From Antechinus flavipes (Eukaryota): a DNA stretch of 33,000 nucleotides. A model generated the notes under the pieces. That model saw only the letters and a program-made list of their open reading frames with translations, was not told where the DNA came from and ran no database searches. The number at the start of each line of letters is the position of its first letter. Within the stretch, counting starts at the first letter, position 1. A program made the position numbers and the translations under genes. This document shows positions 19,870 through 30,345 of the stretch, one piece after another. Where the stretch lies: the NCBI RefSeq assembly GCF_016432865.1, contig NC_067402.1, positions 1,798,001 to 1,831,000 on the forward strand, read 5' to 3'.

Positions 19870-21050
19870 GGCCCCCGGAGGCACGGAGCCCAGGGAGGGG
19901 GCGCCTGTACCTGTGTGCTGGAGCATCCTGCGCCCGGCTTGGTCCGGGTACCCCGGCTGAGGCCCGTCGGCCCGGAGGGCGACCTGCACGGGGAGGGCGT
20001 CGGCCGTGTCCCAGGAGGACTGGGTGAAAGGCCCCGAGCAGGGAGAGGCAGGGGAGGGGCAGGTGCCTCCCGTCCTTGTGTTAGGGGGATCGGCCTCTTG
20101 GTGTTTGGCCCCAGAGCCAAGAGAAAGGCACAGATCCAAGCTGTGGCGGCGAGGGCAGACGGGGCAAAAGCCCGAAACTTCGGCGACTTCCGTCCCAGTG
20201 GAACGGGCGGCCTCAGGAAGGGCCGCCCCCTCCGCTCACGGGAGTGCTCCGGTCCCCACTGGCCGGGACCAGCTTCTTTTTAAGGGAAGGGTGAGCTCGG
20301 GCTCCGCGGAGGGTATCTGAACTTCTGTGGGATTCCGGCCGAGTTTAACTTCCCAGCATGCACTGGATAACCACCTGCCTGTTCCCCCTTGATTATCGGG
20401 GGTCCCAGTCCTCGGTTGGAGTGTTCGTGGAGGGTCAGGTCAGGACCTCGGGTCCCTTTCGGCGCCAGTTGCCACGCGCCCCATCGCCAGGGCTTACATG
20501 ACGTCACCTTCTCGCCACACAAATTGCGCAGGAGAGAGCGAGCTCAGGCAGCGAGGCCGGGAAGGGATGACTCGGAGCGAGCAAGGAGAGGGAGCGGCTC
20601 CCGGGGGTCCCCGAGGGCCGGCGGTCGGGGACCGAGACGACATTTGGGGGAGAGCGAACAAAAGGAGCGAGGCCGCGTTCGGAGAGCAGAACTGGGCTGG
20701 GCTGAGAGAAAGTGGGGAAGGGAAATGGCTCCAGATGTGGGACAGCGCCGGCCTCAGGGGGAGGCTCCAGAGGTCGGAGGTTCTCGGACAGTGTGCAGGG
20801 CAGTCCTGGAAGGGCCTTGTCCTGAGCAGCCGCGAGCCCCGAGAAGACTGTGAACCTGGACACCGCCGGCAGTAGAGCGAGGGCCGAGTCAGGCCTCGAG
20901 GGCCTGGACATGCTGCGCGGGTGAACAGAGCTGCCCGTGGGTCTCCTCCGAGGAGCCGAGTGGGGCACAGAAGCGGCTCCGGGCAGGGCCTGGGGTGGGC
21001 CTCCCGAGGCCGGGCCATCTTTCACAGGCCCCTGGGGCCGTTATCCTCCC
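19870..21050. promoter_or_regulatory. CpG-island-like segment with a perfect CRE; orphan promoter or enhancer candidate
   Basis: High CG density; TGACGTCA at 20499-20506 and C/EBP-like TTGCGCAG at 20524-20531. Confidence 0.5.
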
Positions 21051-22104
21051 CCCCCTTCCCATCTGCAGGGGCACTTGCTCCCATGGCCCAGGAGGTGACC
21101 GGCAGGAATGCGGACTGGCCTTTTCTCCTGCTGGGGGGGGGGGGGGAGGCGCAGGTGCCATGGGGGGGCAAGGGGGGCAGGGAGCACTTCCTTCCCTTTG
21201 GCTCAGAGCTAACGAGGCTGCTCTGTACGGACAAGGCCAACGTCCCTGGCAGAAGTGATGAGCAGCAGCTCGGGAGCATCACTCACCGCCCTGCAGGAAC
21301 CGAGGCTGCCCGGGGGCGGCCCCTCCAGCACCCAAATAATGAAGCCAGTTTATTACTCGCAGGAAGCCCCTGCCACCCCAGCCTGCTGGGAAAACCTCGC
21401 AGCACAAGCACGCTCCAGAGCCATTGGTCACTGCCAAGGGCTCCCAAAGACCCGGCTACCCTCCCCAAGGAGGGGTCCCCGGGGCCCCCAGACCTGCTCC
21501 AAGATCACTGAGGAGGGGTCCCTGGGCCCCCCAAGGGCCCATTCCCATGGCTTTCACTCCGAGTCCAGCCTGGCCCTCTGCTCCTGGCTTTGCCCTCTGG
21601 GGCCACATCCCTTGCCTGCGCCACGTCTTCTCCTCACCAGGCTGGCTGTGCCCCATGCGAGCTCTGGGTGGGGAGGATGCTGCGGGGCTGCCGGGGGTGT
21701 CTGGCACCGGCCCCAAACCTTGTCCTGGAAATGCTCTTGTTCTGTGAGAAATGAGCAGAATTAAGCATAGAGGCCTGAAGCTATTGGGATGCACTGAGGT
21801 CCGGACTGCGAGTGCTTGAGGCTAACCACCGATTGGACAATTCTCTATGGGCACGTGCTTGGAAAATGGCCCTTCCCACTCTCTGTGCTGGCTCAGTGAT
21901 TGTGTATAGAGGATTGTGGGAGGGACTAGGGGGCGGAGAAAAGCTAGCCAGGGACACGCTCTCGGTAGGCGAGGGAGAAGGTGGTCACCGAGATTCTCTT
22001 CCATCCCCTTCACTTCTACCCTAAAGACCAAGAATAAAGACGGACTTTTGCTTATCCCGATTCCAGCTGATTCTGGGGTGTATCTGGGGGTAAGCGCGGT
22101 TGTT

Positions 22105-23081
22105 GCAATTAAGACAACTCTGAGATACCACTACACACCTTCAGATTGGCTCGAATGACAGGGAAAGATAATGTGGAATGTTGGAGGGGATGCAGGAAAA
22201 CGGGGACACTGATACATTGTTGGTGGAATTGTGAACACATCCAGCCATTCTGGAGAGCGATTTGGAACTATGCTAAAAAGTTATCAAGCTGTGCATCCCC
22301 TTTGATCCAGCAGTGCTACTACGGGGCTTATATCCCAAAGAGATACTAAAGAAAGGAAAGGGACCCACATGTGCAAAAATGTTAGTGGCAGCCCTGTCTG
22401 TAGTGGCCAGAAGCTGGAAAATGAATGGATGCCCATCAATGGGAGAATGGCTGGTAAATTGTGGTATATGAATATTATGGAATATTATTGCTCTGTAAGG
22501 AATGACCAGCAGGATGATTTCAGAGAGGCTTGGAGAGACTTACATGAACTGATGCTGAGTGAAATGAGCAGAACCAGGAGATTATTATATACCTCAACAA
22601 CCATACTAAATGAGGATGTATTCTGATGGACGTGACCATCTTTAGCGATGACATGAACCAAATCAGTTCCAATGGAGCAGTAATGAGCTGAACCAGCTAC
22701 ACCCAGTGAAAGAACTCTGGGAGATGACTGAGGACCATTACATTGAATTCCCAATCCCTCTATTTTTGTCTGTCTGCATTTTTTATTTCCTTCACAGGCT
22801 AATTGTACACTATTTCAGAGTCTGATTCTTTTTGTGCAGCAAAATAACTGATTGGACATGTCTACATATATTGTATTTAATTTATACTTTCATTTTTTAT
22901 TGCTCATGTATTTTATTTAACATGTATCGGTCAACCTGCCATGTTGGGGAGGCGATGGGGGGACAGAGGGGAAAAGTTGGAACAAAAGATTTGGCAATTG
23001 TCAATGCTGTAACATTACCCATGCATATAACTTGGAAATAAAAAGCTATAATAAAAAATTAATAAAAAAATAAAAAAAAAA
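22105..23081 (+). mobile_element. 5'-truncated dasyurid-type L1 (ORF2 C-terminal zinc knuckle, 3'UTR, poly-A)
   Basis: KTTLRYHYTP, CWRGCRKTGTLIHCWWNC (CX3CX7HX4C), KLWYMNIMEYYCSVRNDQQDDFREAWRDLHELMLSEMSRTRR, with frameshifts; poly-A at about 23037-23081. Confidence 0.95.
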
Positions 23082-23124
23082 GAAATGATGAGCAGCAGAT
23101 TTCAGAAAGACCTGGAGAGACTTA
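23082..23124 (+). mobile_element. Short older L1 ORF2 fragment abutting the poly-A tail
   Basis: GAAATGATGAGCAG...ATTTCAGAAAGACCTGGAGAGACTTA resembles the RND....FRKAWRDL region. Confidence 0.5.
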
Positions 23125-23190
23125 GAGGGGCTGATTCCCAGCGAAAAAGCAGCCTTTATCACTCAGAGGTTGGCTCTGGAGGCTCCTAAA

Positions 23191-23316
23191 GCTCCCACAG
23201 GTTAGCTCCCATGAGTCGGCTCCCACGGGTCAGTTCCTATAAGTCAGCTTCCGTGGGTCAGCTCTCATAAATTAGCTCCCATAGGTTGTCTCCTGCGGGT
23301 CAGCTCCCATCAGGCT
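23191..23316. repeat. Degenerate 14-bp minisatellite, 9 units, consensus GCTCCCATRGGTCA
   Basis: Units phase exactly at a 14-bp period from 23191. Confidence 0.85.
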
Positions 23317-23344
23317 GAAGAGTAGCTGTAAACTTGGGTTCAGT

Positions 23345-23620
23345 TATGAGAATTCTCAATGAGCCACATTTAACATAGAGCCAGAGGCCAGGCAGCCCCG
23401 CTCCGTCCCGTCCTGGTGAAAGCCGAGGCTGCCGGGAAACTTTGGGATGACTCTTCGCATCATTCTCATCTCCCGAGCTGATAAATGTGCCAGCTGGATT
23501 TTCCTACAGGCGGCCCCAACTCACGAGGCTAATGAAGTTCTTTCTTACGGATTATTGGGTTTTCTCATTAGATTTTCCACAAGGAAGGCAGCAGAGAGAT
23601 CTGCTCACTTTCCAGAGCAG
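23345..23620. promoter_or_regulatory. Non-repeat block with homeobox/GATA-type motifs, weak enhancer candidate
   Basis: TGATAA, CTAATG, GGATTA and CTCATTAG; conservation not tested. Confidence 0.25.
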
Positions 23621-25284
23621 ACTCGCCTCCCCAGGGAACCTATGATCTCACCGAGGGGGCTCTTCCTCCCGAGCCGTGCCCGCCCAGGCCTTGGGATTCT
23701 TAGCCATGACCTCCTCTCTCCCTCCTCAGAGTCCCTCCTTTAGAGCGTACCTCCGTCACTCCCATCCCGCCCCTCGAACCTCCTTGTGGCCTCCGGGGGT
23801 CTCCGCCATCTTTAACTTTTCAGACACCAGAGCCTTCTCTGCTTCCAACCTCACCGGGATCTGTGGGTGTTGCAGAGGGGGCCCTTCGTCTCCCGAGTGC
23901 CGGGATCCCAGCGATTTCCCCAGAGCACGATGCGCCCATGACTCGCTCGAGTCCTCCTTGCTGTCCACTGTCCTGTTGTTCCCTTGGTGGCCGTTTTCTC
24001 TTCTATTAAGCCTGGGCTTTAATTTTGGTCCCCTTAAGTACCTTTCCCTCCTTAAGAAAGCTTGAGAACTGAGCCCCAAACCCTCCTGATTATGCTGCAT
24101 CCGGCGTGGATCCCATCGTCAGCCGCTCCCCGATGGCCACTCTTCCTGTCTGGGCCCGTTGGTGCCGAGCCCGAATGCGGGCTCCCCACTGTCCTTGGGG
24201 GAAGCACCGGAGCGAGGTGAGGACCTTCTCCATCGCTCTCTGCTCCCTCCCTCCAAGGGAGACCCTGATGCCCCGGGAGACCCCCGGGTCTCTGCCCTGC
24301 TTTCGGAATCTGGCATCCGCCTCCACTGCTGCCTCTGCTGGGTGAGCTAGTGCTGCTCGTAAACGTTCTTCTCTGAGATTTCACAAATTGGGCCGGGGAC
24401 GAGATGCCTCGTATGCGTCCTTAGCCTGTAAGAGAGAAGGGGGGCTGGACGGGGGCGCCCCGGGAATAAGTGCAAGAAGAACTCCTTAATCCTCCAGTTC
24501 ACATCTTCCCATATTTTCCTTTTCCCAGAATAGTATGAGAAACTTTGGGCCGCGCTTTGCTGAAATCTAGGGACAGATTTGCACCGTCCTCCTGGGTCGG
24601 GGAGCTTGGTCTGGACAAAGCCTGACTGGCTCGCTGTGCCCACCGTTCCACTAGCTGCGCTGGGAAGGCCCCAGTGACCCCGGCCTTCTCGGGCCTGAAG
24701 GGACCACAAAGGAGAATCTTTGCAGTCCAAACGCTATCTCTTCCTCCGAGGAGGCCGAACTGGGGGCAGGGCTGAGGTGGTTTATGACTTTTCAAGAAGC
24801 TACTGTCTCAACCGGCCTGGAGCAGTGAGAGACGCCAGGCAGCCCCGGCCAGAGAGGCTTCTGGTCCCAGGTCTGTCCTGTTTGTCCCTTACCGGGCACA
24901 TGGCCTCTCCTGCATGGATGCTCAGCCACTGCATCTTGCTCCCTGAGAACCTTGGCAGCTCAGGCCCGCCTCCGCAGGGTTCCGGTTATTGCCAGAGAGA
25001 TGGTTCCAGCTATTGGTGACTTCTTAGACTGGCCTGAATGTTCAGCATCGACTCAAGTCTGTGGACTCATGAGGAGGCCCCGTGTGCTGGGATTCCTGAC
25101 TCACCTTCAGAGGGAGAAATGTCCCTTAGCTTGAAGTAAACAGAAGATTGGAGCGCCCTTTTCTGGGACCCTGAAGCTTCCAGCTACCAAAAACGAATCA
25201 AATGCATTAATCATTCTTGCACAGTTGGCCTTCTGACCAAGGACGGGTATTGAAAAAGCAGCGGAGCCTCACAAAAGGAACAAA

Positions 25285-25431
25285 CCTAAGGAAAGCTTCC
25301 ATTGTGTGCTCACGGCCACAGTCACTGAGTAATAACTCCCAGCCCGAGCCTCCCGGTTGGCTCATTGAAGACAAAAGTCACCCATTCACCATCTCTTGGG
25401 GCCCGCCCTTGAAGCGGCAGTTTCAGAAACC
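25285..25431 (+). repeat. 147-bp local duplication, copy A
   Basis: Matches 26950-27096 with 6 mismatches by manual comparison; flanks are unrelated. Confidence 0.97.
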
Positions 25432-26114
25432 AAGGGCAAGCTGGGTTGGAACTCCTGCTCAGCTCTGGGATGCAAGGACGCTCTCAAGCAGCAGGCACCG
25501 GGAGCCATTGACCAGTATACCGGGACCTCTCGCTGGGAAAATATGGTGACTGTGTCCCTGGTTGGAAAGGATCTAGTGCCCCACTTCCATTTCCCGTCTT
25601 ATCCTCTTGAGAATGTGAGGGACCACGTTACCTCTCTTTGTCCTCAGACCTGTAGTCCAGGATGGAAGAAGGGGCATAGACTTCAGTTCAGGGCTGGAGA
25701 ACCTTCAGGCCCAAGAGCTCCAGAAGTGCCTGAGTCTGGGGTCTGGATCAGTGGGGGCTGAGGTCACCTCCTCCCTGTGCTTGCCACCCCAGGGTAGGAC
25801 AGGAGGGTGGGATGTCTCCCCTCCATACTCCCTTAAACCTTTGCAGATGATTGGTTTCCAGTCTGATCCTTTTTACTTCCCATAACCCTTTGGGAAACAT
25901 AGGCAGACTAATAACAGAGGACAAAGATATGAATACAGCCTACAGCCTGGGGCAAGTTCTCCCTGGTGGGCAGGCAAGGTTTTCACACCTCCCACCCTTT
26001 CTAAGACCAGGAATATCTATTTTCCATCTGAAGGCTTGCTTGACTTCTCAGTATATCTCAAACCCTCCAGACCTTTCCCTTTTGCAGAAATCTGACCCGA
26101 GCACCCCCTCTTAC

Positions 26115-26175
26115 ATCTGCAAGATGAGCTAGTCCAGAAGTTTTCCAAGGCCCCTCTCTCAGCTCTCACATTTTT
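26115..26175 (+). mobile_element. MIR3/CORE-SINE 3' fragment
   Basis: CATCTGCAAGATGAG...TTTTCCAAGGCCCCTCTCTCAGCTCT. Confidence 0.45.
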
Positions 26176-26319
26176 GAATTTAAATAGAAATCATTCTTCT
26201 CTGGCTATATTTTTCCTACTCTATTTAAAAAAAAAACATTTCTAGACCAGCTAATTAAAAGCATTTTTTACCTGAACAGAACAAAGTTGAACCCCATGGG
26301 GTATGGAGCTTGCTTTTAG

Positions 26320-26415
26320 TCTACAAGCCAGGCACTGTGAGAAATAACAGCAATGCAGAGAGACAAAAATCCCATGGTCCTCGGCCCGGAGGAGCTCACA
26401 CTTCAGTGGGGGAGC
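26320..26415 (-). mobile_element. L2 3'-end fragment
   Basis: GCCAGGCACTGTG...AGACAAAAAT...GGAGCTCACACTTCAGTGGGGGAG. Confidence 0.7.
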
Positions 26416-26949
26416 AGCATAGCTGCTCACTATGCTGGTTGTTGCTCTTCATGCTCCAAGAGGACCAAATTGCCATCACGGTGTTGGGAACAAGAGGGAC
26501 TGCCAATGGCTCAGAGTGGCTCACCATCCGGGGAATCCAGCTGAGACTGAACTCGTTGTCTCATGTGCTCTAATCCCCCACGATCCTTCAGGTAATCCCC
26601 AACCTGGAAGCTGACCCAGGGTCAGTGCCAAGGCCCCAGCCCAGGGGACCGGGTGCTTCCCATGATCCCCTTGAGGAGAGAATGCAAGGGGGTGACACGA
26701 GCAGGTCCTGCTGCTGGGAGGGTGGAGAGACCGTGGTAGCCTCTGACTCCAGAAGGAAAGGAAGGATGTGTCACAAGTGGTCAGAGCTTCTGGGGAGCCC
26801 TAGCAGTGACTTTAGGGCTTGAGAGGCTGTGGCCCAGGAGACCTTTCTCTGGCTTGGGGGCTCAATGGTCAAATGCAAACTCCCATTTAAGACCTCCCCT
26901 GATTGTGGATCTCTCATCCTTTGTACTGGCTGTCCCTCATCCCTGGAGG

Positions 26950-27096
26950 CCTAAGGAAAGCTTCCAATGTGTGCTCATGGCCACAGCCACTGAGTAATAA
27001 CTCCCAGCCCGAGCCTCCTGGTTGGCTCATTGAAGACAAAAGTCGCCCATTCACCATCTCTTGGGGCCTGCCCTTGAAGCGGCAGTTTCAGAAACC
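26950..27096 (+). repeat. 147-bp local duplication, copy B
   Basis: See copy A. Confidence 0.97.
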
Positions 27097-27613
27097 GTTC
27101 TTCACTTCTGCCCTATAGCATCTCTAGACGACCTGGAGATGCAGTTGGAGAGCCACCTCCTCCAGGAGGCCTTCCTTGTTTAATCCAGGGGCTACATTTA
27201 CTTCTCTTTGCTTCTGTTGCTTCTGTCAATGGAGCCTCAGCTCAATGGGGGCCAAGACTGTCTTGGCCAAGCGATTCTGGCTCAGGTACTGGGCTTGGAA
27301 TCAGGAGAGCTGGGTCACTTAACCGCAGCCCCGGCCTCCTATGGAGATATGAAGTATGGAGTTAATGTTAGCACCTGCCGCCCAGTATGGCCAATGTAAA
27401 CACCAGGTTCTTCTCAGCTTGGAATCCCCAGGACCCAGCCCCTTCCATCAGCATCCTGGGTCCGTATACAGCAGGAACTTAATAGGTAATGCTTGTATCA
27501 GCTCAGAAATATGGGCCTATAACAACTCTTGGCTGGTTAAAGGATGTTCAGACAAAAGCCAGGCTGCCCAGTAGAGATGCTTTAGAGAGCCGGGTTGTCG
27601 TACTGACCAGAGA

Positions 27614-27625
27614 CAAGATGGCGGC
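27614..27625 (+). promoter_or_regulatory. Perfect YY1 consensus CAAGATGGCGGC
   Basis: Exact 12-bp match to the established YY1 motif; function untested. Confidence 0.4.
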
Positions 27626-28122
27626 CACCCCAGAGTCCACAAAGACACTTTCCAGCTCCATCAAACCTCCTCCCTGTAGAGAAGGGGAAGCCAGTCAAGA
27701 GTGGCTGAGAAATGGCCAGCACTGAGTAGGGGACCTCCGGGGCAGAGGGGACTAAGGGCTGCCAGCTCTGTGGAGGAGGGAAGCATGGGAGCCTTCTATT
27801 GAGCGCTTTCATTTTATAGCCCTCAGGAGCCCTCCCAGAAAGCGGAGACCCATTCACTGCTCTGAGTGTCACAGTCTCCCTGGGATCGCTTGGGCACTTA
27901 GACCCGGATGGCCGCAGGTCACTTCCCAGGGAGGACCTCTCTCCTTGGCTTTCAGAAACACAATTTCCGGGGCCGGTCCTTCTGCTTTCACTGCTGAGCC
28001 TTCTCTGCGCCCAGCGCCCAATTCAGGCAGCCTCCTGTGTGCAGCCATTCTGGGTTTGGACCATAAGTTCTTCCCCAGGACCAGCCCGGGAGGCCAAAGC
28101 CCAGAGCCGCTGTTCCCACTCT

Positions 28123-28342
28123 CCTTTCTTCTCCCGCTGGCCTTTCCTTTCTTCTCCCGCTGGCCTTTCCTTTCTTCTCCCGCTGGCCTTCCCTTTCTTC
28201 TCCCGCTCGCCTTTCCTTTCTTCTCCCGCTCGCCTTCCCTTTCTTCTCCCGCTCGCCTTTTCTTTCTTCTCCCGCTCGCCTTTCCTTTCTTCTCCCGCTC
28301 GCCTTCCTTTCTTCTCCCGCTCGCCTTTCCTTTCTTCTCCCC
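28123..28342. repeat. 23-bp pyrimidine-rich minisatellite, about 9.6 copies (CCTTTCTTCTCCCGCTSGCCTTY)
   Basis: Units counted directly; unit 8 is 22 bp. Confidence 0.97.
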
Positions 28343-28384
28343 CTCTTGCAAAGCCTCTCTTCAGGGAGCCTGGCTTCCTCCCTT

Positions 28385-28540
28385 GAGTCCCAGGCACCTA
28401 CTAACCATGTGACCCTGAGCAAGACGTTTGATCTTCCCGTCTCACTTTTCTCCTCCGTAAAATGGGATAATAATAATGTCATCAGCATCAAATGCGATAA
28501 TGCCCATAGACAGAGCGTTGTAGAGGCCTTAAGGAGCTAG
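28385..28540 (+). mobile_element. MIR fragment
   Basis: CTACTAACCATGTGACCCTGAGCAAG...CCGTAAAATGGGATAATAATAAT...CAAATGCGATAATG. Confidence 0.75.
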
Positions 28541-29341
28541 AGGAATGCTGGGTAATATTGTTATCATCCCATATGGTGAGGAGCTCCTCCTGCCTCTTCC
28601 TTCTACATCCCTCGACCTGGAGAAGGCGGGAAAAGGGCCAGCCTAGAAGTCCGGCAGGGCCGGGGCAGAGGAGACTTCCCGGGGGTCTCTGAAGAGAAAT
28701 TGGACCGGCACCGGGGGCTACGCAGGAGGACCTTACGGGGCACAGGCTGGACCCAAGGGCCCCGGGAAGGCTCCAGCCTCTGAGATGCCAGACCCAGAGC
28801 TGTCCCAGCCGCCTCTGAAGGAAAAGAAGCTGTTTGGGGCAGAAAGGGAGGTGGCGCTCTCGAGGAACGGCCCGCAGAGTCCCACCGGGGTATGGTGTCG
28901 GAGGTGCAGAAGGAGCGGATGGAAGCTGGCCCTCCTGATTGGTTCTGTTTGGTGACGCCCTCCTTTTGGGGGCTGTGAGGAATGGCCATTGGCTCAATGC
29001 CCCGCGCATGTTCCCCATGACCCCTCCCCCCAGATCTCACCACCTCGTCTGGAAGCCACAGAGCAAGCCAATGCGGGGAGGGGAAGGGGGAGGAGGCTGC
29101 CCCACCTTGTGGCCAGCCTCCCCCTCCAGCCACACACCTGTCTCTGGCTCGCACCTGCTGGGGGAGTCTCCGCTGCCCTTTGGGTGGCCCCAGGGATAAT
29201 CTTTCGGAGCCCTGGCATTCAGTGCCTCAGCCCTACGGCATCACAGGAATGGTGCCTTTGGGGAGACGCTTCAGGGGGAAGCTTGGACTCGCTAAAAGCC
29301 CTCTTAATTCCCCCTGAGAGCCCCGGCAGCTCCTCTCCTCG

Positions 29342-29358
29342 CCCCCCCCCCCCCCCCC
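29342..29358 (-). repeat. Poly-C run (17 C; poly-G on the minus strand)
   Basis: Seen directly. Confidence 0.9.
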
Positions 29359-30287
29359 GCTTGGGCTCACGCCTCCCTAGTGTCATCTCTGACAGCAGCT
29401 CCAGCCGCCAGCTGGCCCAGAGAGGCCGAGCCTCGCACGCTCAGCCAGGCCGGTCCCCAGGGTCCCGCTTGAGTCTGCCTGGCTCGGCGGGAGGTCTTGG
29501 GCCAGAGCCTGGCAGGGGCCCAGCCCAGGAGGGTCCGTTCTGCGCCAGGACAAAGCGGGAGGGAGATGGGCCAACGCCCTCTCGAGGGGACCTGGGAGGG
29601 CCTGGCATCGTGAGCTCCCCCGGCCCGGGCCATTGATTCTCTGCGGCTCGGCTTTCACGGGAGGCTCATGTATCCATTAATACCCGGCGCATCGGGAAAC
29701 CTTGTCGTGATTATGCTGTTCCAAAGAGAGGAAGTCCTGGAGGCCGGCCAAGAAGAACACACTGTACAGATGCTTACAATTGAACCTCAGGAAAAACAGG
29801 TTCCGCCCAGGAGCAGGCGTCTGAGCTGGGAACACGGAATGTGCCCGTGGATTCCGATGCGTTTCTAAGGGAACGTGGTCCCTGCAGTGGGCACCGCTGG
29901 GGGGAGGGGGAGTGGGAGAGGGCCAGCCCTCCTTCTCAGAGGCCTTCGGGCGCCATGACGGTCAGTGACCCTGCATCGACTTAATCCTGTGTCCCCAAGG
30001 GGACTGTCACCCACCCAGTCACCAGTCTCTACACTTGGGAAAACAAGGAAGCTGGCTATCATTGACCCGAGCCGGGAAGATGAGGGGAAGCTCGACCCTT
30101 TCTCTTCTTGGAAACCCCTGTATTCTGCCCGACAGGCCTGTGCCCTCTCCTCCACCAGGGCTTTCCCGATGAGTGTGCTCTCTCCACCCCCTTGGGTGCC
30201 ATATTGGCTTCCTTGGGCCACGGGTGACCCCCCACACACACACCGGTAGAATGTAGGTTCCTGGAGAGGAAGGTTGGTTTGAGTTTT

Positions 30288-30345
30288 TGTGTCAGTACTT
30301 GGAACAGTGCCCGGCAGCCAGGAGGCTCTTAATACATTGGATGGA
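30288..30345 (+). mobile_element. L2/MIR 3'-tail fragment
   Basis: CAGTACTTGGAACAGTGCCCGGCAG...GGCTCTTAATACATT. Confidence 0.5.

Noticed and set aside
22045-22089. Ig-like DSGVY motif in the 63-nt candidate exon
   Set aside because: Spacing from the L-x-I strand is two residues short and there is no following Cys.
25285-27096. The two 147-bp copies as LTRs of a small retroelement
   Set aside because: No TG...CA termini, no PBS or PPT, no TSD around the pair; the interval holds older MIR and L2 relics.
27869-28491. Lys/Glu/Arg-rich or Phe/Ser-rich ORFs
   Set aside because: Translations of the 23-bp VNTR on both strands.
29668-29868. Acidic ORF (EEVLEAGQEEHTVQMLTIEPQEKQ) with coding-like codons
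   Set aside because: Short, no convincing flanking splice sites and no recognisable protein.
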